Shown: one piece after another, positions 31,390 to 41,534 of the stretch
How positions within the stretch are numbered: position 1 is the first letter of the stretch
How the letters are laid out: each line of letters opens with the position of its first letter
Source: Bacillota bacterium
GTDB taxonomy: Bacteria > Bacillota > Clostridia > Acetivibrionales > JANLFN01
Reading direction: 5' to 3'
Assembly: GCA_030705825.1 (NCBI GenBank)
Contig: JAUZPR010000006.1
Coordinates: forward strand, 1 to 58,517
DNA: 58,517 nt
Notes under the pieces: generated by a model
Seen by the model: only the letters and a program-made list of their open reading frames with translations
What the model was told of the DNA's origin: nothing
Databases searched by the model: none
Translations under genes and position numbers: made by a program

Positions 31390-31560
31390 ATGAGAGTTAA
31401 TAAAACCGACAGCCCTATTGGAAGAGTTAAATGTGTGGTAAATACATGTCAGTACTACAGTAATGGTGACCAGTGTACGGCTGAAAAAATCGAGGTACAG
31501 TCCAGAAATGCAGCCGATACGCAGGAAACCGACTGTGCAACCTTTACTCCGAAAGGATAA
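31390..31560 (+). CDS. DUF1540 small Cys-rich protein (56 aa; absent from the ORF track)
   Basis: GGAGG RBS; MRVNKTDSPIGRVKCVVNTCQYYSNGDQCTAEKIEV...ETDCATFTPKG. Confidence 0.85.
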   Translation: MRVNKTDSPIGRVKCVVNTCQYYSNGDQCTAEKIEVQSRNAADTQETDCATFTPKG

Positions 31561-31617
31561 GACTTAATTGTTTTAATTGAATAATGTAATAAAACGAATA
31601 TAGGCTGTTGCATAAAT

Positions 31618-31696
31618 CGGGTTGACACATGGGTCAACCCCTACATTCGGTTAATTATTATATTCTGTAGTAGGGGCAAACCCATGTGTTTGCCCG
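31618..31696. repeat. Inverted doublet of GTAG-type REP-like palindromes
   Basis: 31618-31644 on minus reads GTAGGGGTTGACCCATGTGTCAACCCG; 31670-31696 on plus reads GTAGGGGCAAACCCATGTGTTTGCCCG. Confidence 0.7.
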
Positions 31697-31712
31697 GTTT
31701 TGAAATGCCTTT

Positions 31713-33380
31713 TTAATAGAAACAGCTTCCACCTATGAATTCTCTTATTATGGAATTCAACGGGATCTCCTTTGACTCGATAGGAAGGAAATATCCAAGG
31801 AATTCTATGAGTCTTCTTGCCTCGGCATATTCAGGGTGTGTATTGTCTACCTCTGAAAGTAGCGGCTCTGCCAGGGTTTTCAGCACACTCAACTCATATA
31901 TTGTAGCAGAATTAAACATAATATCCGCTTCCTCCTGGTAAGGGAAAATATTCTTCTCCTCTCCCCTGCGCACCGAAGGCCATCTTTTGATTGTACTTAC
32001 AGCAGAACTTCCGCGGAATTGGAAATCCCGCACTATTCTTCTTATCAGTCTTGAATCTGTCGAGGGTATCTTATTGTGATTATCAATATTCATTGCAGTT
32101 AATGCACTTACATATATTTTGAATTTGGTTTCCTTGGGTATTGTAGAGGTTAGCTTTTCATTAAGTCCATGTATTCCTTCGATAATCATTATCTGATCGT
32201 CTTCTATCCTGAGCTTTCTTCCGAATTTCTCCCTGCATCCGTTTGGAAAATTAAAAATAGGTATCTCAACCTCATTTCCGCAAATCAATTCCGACAGATG
32301 CTTGTTGAAAAGAGGTACGTCAATAGCCTCAAGAGCTTCAAAATCGAATTCGCCGTTTTCGTCCAGCGGGGTCTGCTCCCTGTTTACAAAATAATCATCC
32401 AGAGATATGGTCACGGGCCTTAAGCCACTGACCCTAAGCTGTATTGCGAGCCTGTGAGCAAAGGTTGTTTTCCCTGATGATGACGGACCCGATATCAGTA
32501 CAATTTTCTTTTTGTCAGGACTTCCTGTAATCATATCGGCTATCTGGGCTATCTTTTTTTCATGAAGCGCTTCCGAAACTCTTATAAAATCGGATATCTG
32601 ACCTGCTTGAATTATATCATTCAGATCGCCAACATTATCCACACCCAGTATATGACCCCATTTTTTATATTCCTTGAATATATTGAACAGCTTTTTTTGC
32701 TCCCTGAAATCAGGCAAGCAGCTTGGATCGGATTTGTCCGGGAATCTTAGAATCAATCCTGGTGCATAATACTTCAAATCAAAGATATCAACAAATCCGG
32801 TATCTGGAGTCATGTAACCGTAAAAATAATCCTCATAACCATCACAGTTATAGATGGAGACGTAGGGCTTTTTCCTGTATTCTATGGCATGGAATCTGTC
32901 GAGCTTTCCATTTGTAATAAACATTTTTTTAGCGTCGTCCGTAGGAATTATACGTTTTACAAACGGTATCCTTCGGTCAACAATTTCTCTCATTCTGGCT
33001 GCTATCATCTTAACTTCGCTTTCCAAAAGCTCGGTTTGACCTTCTACGCGGCAGTAAACCCCCTTACTGATGGAATGGCTGAGAATCACCTTTCTGTCCG
33101 GGAATAAATCATAAACTGCCTTTATCAGAATAAAATAAAGACTTCTTCTGTAAATACGCATACCGTCGTCAGCAGTTAAATCAATGAACTCTACCTGACA
33201 GTTTTCGTAAAGATGATAATTTAATTCTCTGATGTCATTATTAACCTTTGCAGCCACTATCTTGGATTTGGATTTGTCCGGGAACTGCAGACTGAGTTCT
33301 TCGAGTGTAATACCTTCCTTAACCCTATTTTCACTGTTGTCAGCAAATTTTACATTAATCCAACGCATATCATTGTTCAT
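31713..33380 (-). CDS. Nucleoside (uridine-type) kinase with ThrRS-like N-terminal domains
   Basis: TGS/SAD-like N-terminus; P-loop GPSSSGKTT, SLDDYF and IEGIHGLN. Confidence 0.85.
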   Translation of the reverse strand: MNNDMRWINVKFADNSENRVKEGITLEELSLQFPDKSKSKIVAAKVNNDIRELNYHLYENCQVEFIDLTADDGMRIYRRSLYFILIKAVYDLFPDRKVILSHSISKGVYCRVEGQTELLESEVKMIAARMREIVDRRIPFVKRIIPTDDAKKMFITNGKLDRFHAIEYRKKPYVSIYNCDGYEDYFYGYMTPDTGFVDIFDLKYYAPGLILRFPDKSDPSCLPDFREQKKLFNIFKEYKKWGHILGVDNVGDLNDIIQAGQISDFIRVSEALHEKKIAQIADMITGSPDKKKIVLISGPSSSGKTTFAHRLAIQLRVSGLRPVTISLDDYFVNREQTPLDENGEFDFEALEAIDVPLFNKHLSELICGNEVEIPIFNFPNGCREKFGRKLRIEDDQIMIIEGIHGLNEKLTSTIPKETKFKIYVSALTAMNIDNHNKIPSTDSRLIRRIVRDFQFRGSSAVSTIKRWPSVRRGEEKNIFPYQEEADIMFNSATIYELSVLKTLAEPLLSEVDNTHPEYAEARRLIEFLGYFLPIESKEIPLNSIIREFIGGSCFY

Positions 33381-33570
33381 ATACTTATTACCTCACAAGT
33401 AGAAATTTTCGTACACAAGTATCAATTAATCTTATATTCTATATATATTATATGAATTCCTTCAATGGTATTAAATCGAGTTAATTTTACCGGATCAGGT
33501 AAAATTAAATATATTATTGTTTGAATGGTGTAAAATACAACAAAACCAAGTACATCCATGCCGTAACTAT

Positions 33571-33600
33571 TTGACAGACTATATGGCCATAATATATACT
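33571..33600 (+). promoter_or_regulatory. Probable sigmaA promoter of prfC
   Basis: TTGACA-18 nt-TATACT. Confidence 0.5.
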
Positions 33601-33648
33601 TGAATTTGTTTATTTTCTCGATAAGAAGCATTTAAGAAGGGGTTAGCG

Positions 33649-35253
33649 ATGCAGGACTTAAAAAATACAATCAGTAATGAAGTTTCAAGAAGAAAAACCT
33701 TTGCCATAATTTCACACCCGGATGCCGGAAAAACCACACTAACAGAAAAACTTCTTCTGTATGGCGGAGCAATAAGGCTTGCAGGTTCAGTTAAGGCAAG
33801 AAAAGCGAATAAATATGCTGTTTCGGATTGGATGGAAATAGAAAAGCAAAGGGGTATTTCGGTAACCTCCAGTGTACTTCAGTTCAATTACGAAGGATTT
33901 TGTATCAATATACTCGATACTCCCGGCCATCAGGACTTCAGTGAAGACACATACAGGACACTTATAGCCGCCGACAGTGCAGTCATGCTGATAGACGGGG
34001 CCAAGGGTGTGGAGGAACAAACCATAAAGCTGTTCCATGTGTGCAAAATGAGAGGAATACCAATTTTTACTTTTATAAACAAGATGGACCGTGCCAGTAA
34101 GAATCCCTTTGACCTTATAGATGAACTTGAGCAGGTGCTGGGCATCCGTTCGTACCCGATGAATTGGCCTATCGGAACCGAGGGGGATTTCAAGGGTGTA
34201 TATAACAGAGCCAATGCCCAGATAGAACTTTTCAACGGCGGAGATCATGGACAATCCGCAGTTGCATCCACCGTAGGTAAGGTTGATGATCCATTGTTTG
34301 CCAACGTATTGGGCGAGCATTATCACAAACGTTTATGTGAGGAAATAGAACTGCTTGATATGGCTGGCGATGAGTTTGACAGAAAAAAGGTTCTTAATGG
34401 TGAATTGACTCCAATATTTTTTGGCAGTGCAATGACCAACTTTGGAGTGCAGCCTTTTCTTGAAGAATTCCTGAAGCTTGCTCCCGCACCTGGAATCAGA
34501 ATGTCTTCGGCAGGAGAAGTTGATCCTGAGGATGAAAAGTTTTCGGGGTTTGTATTTAAGATTCAAGCCAATATGAACCCTACTCACAGAGACAGGATAG
34601 CTTTTATAAGAATATGCTCCGGACGGTTCACCCGCGGAATGTCGGTTTTTCACATTCAGCAGGGAAAGGAAATCAGGCTTTCACAGCCCCAGCAGTTTAT
34701 GGCCCAGGAGCGTACAATTGTTGAAGAAGCATATCCCGGAGACATAATTGGTGTATTCGATCCAGGTATATTCAATATAGGCGATACACTTTGTGAAGGC
34801 GGAAACCAGCTCAAATTTGAAGGTATACCCGTATTCCCGGCAGAGCATTTTGCCAGGGTAACAGCATCAGACTCCATGAAGCGCAAACAATTTCAGAAGG
34901 GTATTAACGAGCTTTCAGAAGAAGGTGCCATACAGGGCTTCAAACAGATTGACATAGGAATAGAAGCTCTTATAATAGGTGCGGTTGGAGCGCTGCAGTT
35001 CGAGGTTCTTGAACACAGGCTCAAATACGAATACGGAGTAGATATAAGAATACAGCATCTTCCCTTCAGGTTTGCCCGTTGGATACACGATGAGACATTG
35101 GATCCAAGAAAGCTCAACTTAACCAGTTCAACAATGATTGTTCAAGACAAGGAAGACAGGTATGTTCTGCTTTTTGAGAATGAATGGTCAATAAACTGGG
35201 CTCAGGATAAGAACAAAGGGCTGCAGCTTTCTGATATACATGTGCTGGCATAA
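33649..35253 (+). CDS. prfC: Peptide chain release factor 3
   Basis: AIISHPDAGKTT, DTPGHQDFSED, NKMD and KIQANMNPTHRDR. Confidence 0.97.
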   Translation: MQDLKNTISNEVSRRKTFAIISHPDAGKTTLTEKLLLYGGAIRLAGSVKARKANKYAVSDWMEIEKQRGISVTSSVLQFNYEGFCINILDTPGHQDFSEDTYRTLIAADSAVMLIDGAKGVEEQTIKLFHVCKMRGIPIFTFINKMDRASKNPFDLIDELEQVLGIRSYPMNWPIGTEGDFKGVYNRANAQIELFNGGDHGQSAVASTVGKVDDPLFANVLGEHYHKRLCEEIELLDMAGDEFDRKKVLNGELTPIFFGSAMTNFGVQPFLEEFLKLAPAPGIRMSSAGEVDPEDEKFSGFVFKIQANMNPTHRDRIAFIRICSGRFTRGMSVFHIQQGKEIRLSQPQQFMAQERTIVEEAYPGDIIGVFDPGIFNIGDTLCEGGNQLKFEGIPVFPAEHFARVTASDSMKRKQFQKGINELSEEGAIQGFKQIDIGIEALIIGAVGALQFEVLEHRLKYEYGVDIRIQHLPFRFARWIHDETLDPRKLNLTSSTMIVQDKEDRYVLLFENEWSINWAQDKNKGLQLSDIHVLA

Positions 35254-35333
35254 TTTATTAATCAGAATTAATGGTAAGAAAACCAAGGACATATTTCGAC
35301 CAGGAGATATGTCCTTCTTTCATATGCCACACT

Positions 35334-35362
35334 TTGCCATTTTCCCTTCAATATGATATAAT
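35334..35362 (+). promoter_or_regulatory. sigmaA promoter
   Basis: TTGCCA-17 nt-TATAAT with a TG extension; places the next gene's start downstream of the ORF-track start. Confidence 0.6.
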
Positions 35363-35408
35363 AATTGTATTTCCTGCTGTACAAATGAAAATGAAGTCGG
35401 TGATAATT

Positions 35409-37886
35409 ATGGGGATAATATTCAATCAAACAGGGATTATGTCTGTAAAGGAAAATCAAACCATATTTCATGAAGGCCAGGACGTCAATTCAGTCAATGT
35501 CCTGTTGAAAGGCAAAGCAGAAGCATACATTTCTTTATTTGAAAATTCCGAAGAAAAATCCGAAAACAACATTCTAAAACAAAGCTACAGAATCTTTGAA
35601 CTCGGGCAAAATACCTTCATAGGAGCCAGCGATATTCTTCTGTCGGGAAAATATTCACTTACATGCCATACTGTTGAGGATAGTAATGTATACGGAATAG
35701 TTGCAAAGAACCAGGAGCAGTTGAAGGCAATATTGGCTTCCAATAAAGATTACGGAGCTTTTTTTACTGCATCATTGTCGGCTCTTATCACCCAGTCATA
35801 TACGGCATTTAATAAAATACAGGAGTTTGCCGCTCAGTTGGGCGCACTTTGTGACAATCTTTCGGTATTTCTTTGGGCTCATAAAGCTCACAAGAATTTC
35901 ACATATTTACCATCCGGAAGATGCTTCAGTGAAGGCTTTGAAAACTACCAAAAAATCCTTGAAAATGAAGCAACGGTTCCCGATGAATTCAGCAGCCTAT
36001 TCTTTGAGCAGGATAATTCGTCGGTTTTTGAAACGTCATATTCATATTCAAGTAATTTGAACACTTCAAAAATAAAGTATTATAAGAGTATTCTCAATAT
36101 ACCTTCTGATATTTGTAAAAGTTATTTCACCTCAGATGACTATGTCACCGAATATCACATAAAAGACGCATCTGAATGTCTTTATGATATTCTCAACTCA
36201 ATAAAAAATGCTTTCAGAGCTGCAGACAGTTATATGTCAGACCTTTTTACAGCGGGTGAGGACTGTATACTGGCAGAATATTCCGAAGCAGCAGCCGAGC
36301 TTGCAAGGAGCGGCGGGAATAATTCAACCCTTCTTAGGATAATCGGCTATGCTATGGAACGAATAAAAAAGGCAATTGAAAGGTATAAAAGCGACTACCT
36401 TTATACTCCTGATATTGAGCCCAAACAGCTTGACGAGCTCTATGCGTGGATTGAATCCCAAGGTATATCTAAAAGCCAACCGGTTTCAGCAGCTTGGGGT
36501 GATAACAGCGGTGAAATGCTGCCTGAAGAGCTCAGGGACAGTGCACGTAAAATAGTCGAGTACTCTGAAATTCCATGGAAGCAAGCCGAGCTTTTCCTGG
36601 AGGATTTAAAATTGTACGGCAGACATAAAAGCCACCTTCAGGACTCTGAGTCCAGAAACTTGGTTTCCTCTATTACCTCCAATTTCTTTTTAATCTATGA
36701 GAATGTCCTCAAAAAAGCTGTTGAGCAAAAGGATAATTCACGATTAATAAATATGTTCCTTACCTATGCCTATATGGATGAAAGGCTTCTTAATCCCAAA
36801 CATACCCTGGAGCTATACAGGCTGGCAGGCAGAAACCTCACAAAAGCACAAAGCTCGGTATATGACATAAAAACCTGGCTGACAATGGTTTATGAAATGG
36901 AAAAGGAACCCTCCATAAACGAGTTCGGACAGGATTATTACGGTGTTTTCAGAGAAATGAAAAAGCGCGGAGAGTTAACCGATAAGGATAAAGCCGCTTA
37001 TGATAATGGCAAAGACAACAGACTTAAGCATGAGATAAACAACCTTTTCAGAATTAACCAGAAAGTCTGCCACGGACAGATAAACAGCTATTTCCCCATT
37101 TTGAGCGATGAAATGGTGGCAAGGGAGCTGTCAAAGGCTATTGTTACACCCGAGCTGGTTGAACAAGACATTGTTAAGGTCCTTGAAATAGATTTTTCGG
37201 CATTCCACAGAGAAGTATCCTTTCGAAATGCGGAAAAGGACATAGAAAAGGAATTTATCCAGAAATTTGCCAAACCTGACATTATACTTATGCCAACCTT
37301 CGGAAGCCGGCAGGTAATGTGGCAGGAGCTTACAGGAAGGGACAGGAGTACCTCCGCCCGTTTTGTTCTGCCCCTCTTCACTTCCGAAAATCTCTTTGAT
37401 TTGATAATAAAGCTTATCGGCAATTTCCGGTGGGAACTCTGCAGGACAATGATGGGCGCATCCTGGAATGACGTTTCAGAAAGCTCTCTTACATCGGATT
37501 ATACCGATTTTATCCAGTTTTATAAGAAAAACAAAGAGCTTTCGGAGGAAGCCAAGGAGAAAATTACAACTCAGATACAGAAGTACAGAAATTCAACCAG
37601 GGAAATATTTACGTCAGATTATGAGACCTGGATCAAATATGAATCAAAAGGAATCCTTCGTTTGAATAAAATTGCCCGCAGCGTACTGTTCAAGCATTGC
37701 ACCTTTTCAAGGAAGATACGAGAAAGCCTTGAAAAGCAGCCTGTTTTCAGCGATATGATCAACCAGTTCAAAAATCAGAGAACCAAGCTGGTTAAGAGTC
37801 TGGAAAGCAAATATAACAGGTATGCAAAGCTTGGACCCCTTGACTCTGAGCTTGAAGAGAATTTGATATTCTACAGGGATTTATAA
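35409..37886 (+). CDS. Large protein with an N-terminal cyclic-nucleotide-binding-like domain; function unknown
   Basis: IFHEGQDVNSVNVLLKGKA...FIG resembles the cNMP beta-barrel; long helical C-terminal region. Start placed at ATG 35409 (ORF track gives 35271). Confidence 0.7.
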   Translation: MGIIFNQTGIMSVKENQTIFHEGQDVNSVNVLLKGKAEAYISLFENSEEKSENNILKQSYRIFELGQNTFIGASDILLSGKYSLTCHTVEDSNVYGIVAKNQEQLKAILASNKDYGAFFTASLSALITQSYTAFNKIQEFAAQLGALCDNLSVFLWAHKAHKNFTYLPSGRCFSEGFENYQKILENEATVPDEFSSLFFEQDNSSVFETSYSYSSNLNTSKIKYYKSILNIPSDICKSYFTSDDYVTEYHIKDASECLYDILNSIKNAFRAADSYMSDLFTAGEDCILAEYSEAAAELARSGGNNSTLLRIIGYAMERIKKAIERYKSDYLYTPDIEPKQLDELYAWIESQGISKSQPVSAAWGDNSGEMLPEELRDSARKIVEYSEIPWKQAELFLEDLKLYGRHKSHLQDSESRNLVSSITSNFFLIYENVLKKAVEQKDNSRLINMFLTYAYMDERLLNPKHTLELYRLAGRNLTKAQSSVYDIKTWLTMVYEMEKEPSINEFGQDYYGVFREMKKRGELTDKDKAAYDNGKDNRLKHEINNLFRINQKVCHGQINSYFPILSDEMVARELSKAIVTPELVEQDIVKVLEIDFSAFHREVSFRNAEKDIEKEFIQKFAKPDIILMPTFGSRQVMWQELTGRDRSTSARFVLPLFTSENLFDLIIKLIGNFRWELCRTMMGASWNDVSESSLTSDYTDFIQFYKKNKELSEEAKEKITTQIQKYRNSTREIFTSDYETWIKYESKGILRLNKIARSVLFKHCTFSRKIRESLEKQPVFSDMINQFKNQRTKLVKSLESKYNRYAKLGPLDSELEENLIFYRDL

Positions 37887-38049
37887 ATTTCAAGGGGTGG
37901 CTAAATGCCGCCCTTATAATTTATAAAGAAAAACTCAGTTTTCAGTATTAACGGGCAGATATTCCCCATAATTTCGGGCTAAAATAGAATATATTAGATA
38001 AAATAGGGATTAACAAATCTATTAAAATATAATATATTTTAAATATCAT

Positions 38050-38069
38050 ATATTTTGAAATTCAAAGTA
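38050..38069. promoter_or_regulatory. Putative MarR operator, copy 1
   Basis: ATATTTTGAAATTCAAAGTA, near-palindromic, directly before the marR RBS. Confidence 0.65.
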
Positions 38070-38084
38070 TAGGAGGTGTTTAAT

Positions 38085-38546
38085 ATGGCTAAATACGAAT
38101 CCAATGACATATATCTGGCCGGAGACTTATTAAGGCAACTGTTCGACAAATATAACCGTTTGGAAAACAAAAAGTACCTGTATAAGGATCTAAAGGATTT
38201 AACTCTTATTGAAATCAATACTATAATTGTCATAGGCTGTGAAGGATTGAAAAGTATGTCTCAGATAGCAAATGAACTGGGGGTTACTTTCGGTACACCT
38301 ACAGTGACCATAGACAGACTGATAACCAAAAATCTGGTTGAACGTATAAGGGATGAAGGTGACAGGCGTCAGGTTTTTGTAAAGCTTTCGGAAGACGGAA
38401 AGAAAATCTATAATGCAGTTTCGGAATTAAAGAAGAAAGTGACTGAAAAGGTATTTGAAGTATTGTCGGATGATGAAAAAATATTATTAATAGGAGTCCT
38501 CTCCAAGCTAAACAATAAATTTAATGATTTGTTTTCGGACATTTGA
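38085..38546 (+). CDS. MarR family transcriptional regulator
   Basis: wHTH with the DRRQVFVKLSEDGK wing; AGGAGG RBS before ATG 38085. Confidence 0.9.
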   Translation: MAKYESNDIYLAGDLLRQLFDKYNRLENKKYLYKDLKDLTLIEINTIIVIGCEGLKSMSQIANELGVTFGTPTVTIDRLITKNLVERIRDEGDRRQVFVKLSEDGKKIYNAVSELKKKVTEKVFEVLSDDEKILLIGVLSKLNNKFNDLFSDI

Positions 38547-38561
38547 TTTTTTTTGTTCTAT

Positions 38562-38581
38562 TACTTTGAATTTCAAAATAT
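38562..38581. promoter_or_regulatory. Putative MarR operator, copy 2
   Basis: TACTTTGAATTTCAAAATAT, the exact reverse complement of 38050-38069. Confidence 0.65.
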
Positions 38582-38642
38582 AGTTTTATCAAAATATACT
38601 AAAATTGAAGGAGTTGATGCCACACACTTATAGAATTAAGTA

Positions 38643-41033
38643 ATGATAAAAATTAAAGGAGGGACGAAATTGAAAGGAAATATAAAACGATTCAGAAAAC
38701 AAATAGTTATTGCGGCAGTTATCATCCTCCCTCTAGTCTACAGCTTTTTCTATCTTGATGCTTTTTGGGATCCATACAGCAGGCTTAGTGAGCTACCTGT
38801 TGCATTAATCAACCAGGATACGGGTGCTGTAGTTAACGGAGAACAAAGAAATCTGGGAAATGAGATAGCTGATCAATTAAAGGGAGATAAAAACCTGAAG
38901 TGGACATTGACAAATAGTTCGGAGGCTTCAAAAGGTATTTCCAAGGGAAAATACTATGCGGAAATAACCATACCTTCCGACTTTTCCAGAAAAATTTCAA
39001 GCGCCGGCAATGTAGACAAAACTCAGGGCATAATAATGTACCAGCCGGAAGAAAAGAGAAATTTTCTGGCGGCCCAGGTCATGAACAGGGTTATGATTGA
39101 ATTTAAAGATAACGTTTCGCAGAAAGTTACAAAGGAGATTGTTAAAAACGTTATTGACAAAATAAATCAGATTCCCGGGAGTCTTAAGGATTTAAACGAC
39201 GGACTTGGAAAAATGGCTTCCGGAACAAAAGATATTTCAGGCGGTATCAGTAATTTAAGAAATAATCAAATTCAATTCAACAATGGACTGACAAAATTAA
39301 AAGCTGGTCTTGCAGATGCAAAAAGCGGCAGCATTCAGCTTTATACAGGCAGTAAATCGTTGGCTTCATATGAAAATACTTTTTATACAAGCCTTAATGC
39401 AGGAGTACCTGATATATTAAAGCTGTCCCAAGGGTCAAACCTGTTTTATAAAAGCCTGCAGACTTTGAACAGCGGTTTGGATAATCTCAATAAAAACCTC
39501 AGCAAACCGGATACAGGATTATCCGCAATTGCAGATAACGCAGTCAAATTCGGAAACGGTTTGCAGCAGTTCAATAAAGGCTTCAGTGCCATTAGGTCGG
39601 GTACCGGGAATTTGTACGATTCGACAAAAGCATTTTCATCAAATATAAAGACATATTCCGAGGGATTGGATCAGTATCTGGACAGCGTTAGTTCATTAAC
39701 TACTGCGGACAAAAGTATTTCACAATTTTTGGCCGCTTATCTGAATTCTCATCCCGAAGCAATGTCTGATAAAAATATTCAGAATATCTTGAATATAACA
39801 AAGCAATCGGGAGGCTCTCTGGATAAAATCAACACTTCAGCCGGTATGCTGAAGACAAATATGGATACCCTGGTCAAAGCGTCACAGCAGCTTGAGGGTG
39901 GAACAAAAACCTTAAATGACGGCGTGACGGCTATAAATGACAATTCTGCAGCGCTGATTTCAGGTGCAGAACAGCTGAGCAGCGGAGTAAATCAAGCCGG
40001 TAAGTCATTAAGTGACCTTTCGGGTGCTGTAAATCAATTAGCCGGCGGTTCGGCACAATTGACGGGTGCCTACTCCCAAATTGACACAGGATTAAAAAAA
40101 TCGGCTCTAAGTCTTCAAGATGCAGCCAAAGCCGCAGGACTTCTTTCAGAAAACAGCAGTAAATTGGCTTCGGGCGCAAATCAGCTTAACTCAGGTATAG
40201 CAGCCGCATATAACGGCAGTGCGGAACTTAATGATAATGCTGTAAAATTTGCAGACGGCGAAAAAGATCTATTAGATGGAAGCAATCAGCTGGCAACAGG
40301 AATAAATACCATGCAGTCACAAATTACAACTAATATCGGCAGTATGGATGCTCTCAACGGTCTTGATAGTTTCGCAGCATCTCCAGTGAAGCTTGAGCAG
40401 TCGAGCATTGATCCTGTTCCAGATTACGGAACTGCTTTTTCTCCTTATTTTATATCGTTATCCCTTTGGGTCGGATCAATTTTGATTCTTATAATCATAT
40501 ACCTGGATCCGGATATAAACCTGAGAAGGCGGTATTCCAAGCTGCTGCATTCCGATATGAGGTTCCTTGGATTTGCACTGATTGGAATTGTTCAAGCAGT
40601 TGTACTTTCACTTGCTATAAAATTCGGTCTTAATCTGCATCCAAAGAGTGAACCCTTATTTTATCTGGTAACTATTTTGGTTTCACTGAGTTTTATTTCT
40701 GTAGTGGAATTTCTGGTTATACATCTTAAGGATGCAGGCAAATTCCTTGTAATGCTTCTTCTTATACTTCAGCTTACCAGCTGCGGCGGTACATTCCCGA
40801 TGGAACTGGTTCCCGGGTTCTTCAAGATAATCAAGCCATTCATGCCTATGACCTATTCGGTAAATGCATTGAAGGAGGCAATTTCAGGAGTGAATTACGG
40901 AGACTTGAACAAGAACATGCTGGTACTTGGCGGAATAATGGTGGTTTTCCTGGCAGGAAATGTACTACTGTCATGGGTCAAATCCACTAAAAATGAAGGT
41001 ATCGAAAATACATTGGAAGTACTTGATATATAG
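38643..41033 (+). CDS. YhgE/Pip family membrane protein
   Basis: AFWDPY...LPVALINQDTG, xxxLxxG heptad repeats, YGTAFSPYFISLSLWVG and GGTFP. Confidence 0.92.
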   Translation: MIKIKGGTKLKGNIKRFRKQIVIAAVIILPLVYSFFYLDAFWDPYSRLSELPVALINQDTGAVVNGEQRNLGNEIADQLKGDKNLKWTLTNSSEASKGISKGKYYAEITIPSDFSRKISSAGNVDKTQGIIMYQPEEKRNFLAAQVMNRVMIEFKDNVSQKVTKEIVKNVIDKINQIPGSLKDLNDGLGKMASGTKDISGGISNLRNNQIQFNNGLTKLKAGLADAKSGSIQLYTGSKSLASYENTFYTSLNAGVPDILKLSQGSNLFYKSLQTLNSGLDNLNKNLSKPDTGLSAIADNAVKFGNGLQQFNKGFSAIRSGTGNLYDSTKAFSSNIKTYSEGLDQYLDSVSSLTTADKSISQFLAAYLNSHPEAMSDKNIQNILNITKQSGGSLDKINTSAGMLKTNMDTLVKASQQLEGGTKTLNDGVTAINDNSAALISGAEQLSSGVNQAGKSLSDLSGAVNQLAGGSAQLTGAYSQIDTGLKKSALSLQDAAKAAGLLSENSSKLASGANQLNSGIAAAYNGSAELNDNAVKFADGEKDLLDGSNQLATGINTMQSQITTNIGSMDALNGLDSFAASPVKLEQSSIDPVPDYGTAFSPYFISLSLWVGSILILIIIYLDPDINLRRRYSKLLHSDMRFLGFALIGIVQAVVLSLAIKFGLNLHPKSEPLFYLVTILVSLSFISVVEFLVIHLKDAGKFLVMLLLILQLTSCGGTFPMELVPGFFKIIKPFMPMTYSVNALKEAISGVNYGDLNKNMLVLGGIMVVFLAGNVLLSWVKSTKNEGIENTLEVLDI

Positions 41034-41046
41034 GAGAATTTATAAC

Positions 41047-41080
41047 AAAGCCCGGAAATCCAATTGATTTCCGGGCTTTT
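41047..41080. terminator. Bidirectional intrinsic terminator
   Basis: aaagcccggaaatc/gatttccgggcttt stem. Confidence 0.85.
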
Positions 41081-41130
41081 CATATAAGCACGCCTCATAA
41101 TTCTGCATTTATTGTTTTTTGTTAAATAAC

Positions 41131-41349
41131 TTATTTTCTGCTGCCTATAACTTTAATCTGAACATCAAGGTTATCCAGCTTCTTCTATTTTATCAAACCT
41201 TACATCATGCTCTTCAAGCTTTTTTATAGTCTGAACCTGACATTCATATAAGGTTTTAATATCCGGCCTTACCTGATTTTCAATGGAAGACTCAATTTTC
41301 CCCAGTCCCTTATCCAAAGTATCAAATCTTTCCTTGGTTTCAGACCTGA
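41131..41349 (-). pseudogene. 5'-truncated, frameshifted remnant of a coiled-coil protein gene
   Basis: Reads RSETKERFDTLDKGLGKIESSIENQVRPDIKTLYE...HDVRFDKIEE, then after a frame change KLDNLDVQIKVIGSRK*; no start codon. Confidence 0.5.
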
Positions 41350-41495
41350 AGAGTCAGGTGAAATAGCAAGTTTCTTTCTAATCTCCCTAAAAGTATCTCC
41401 TTGCATAGCCATTCCTTTATGTCAGGCAGTCTTGGTAATATGTCCGAATCATATCGGCTTGTTTTATTTGGAATTCCTTTTCTACTACCACCCAT
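41340..41495 (-). pseudogene. Truncated, frameshifted phage-like HTH gene remnant (terminase-small-subunit-region type)
   Basis: RBS + MGGSRKGIPNKTSRYDSDILPRLPDIKEW, then after a frame change QGDTFREIRKKLAISPDS, breaking off at ~41350. Confidence 0.45.
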
Positions 41496-41534
41496 GTTCT
41501 CACCCCCTATAACAAAAAGAGACTTGTTATGGCT

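Noticed and set aside
39180-40320. Repeats inside yhgE as a novel repeat array
   Set aside because: These are the ordinary xxxLxxG coiled-coil heptads of the YhgE/Pip family.
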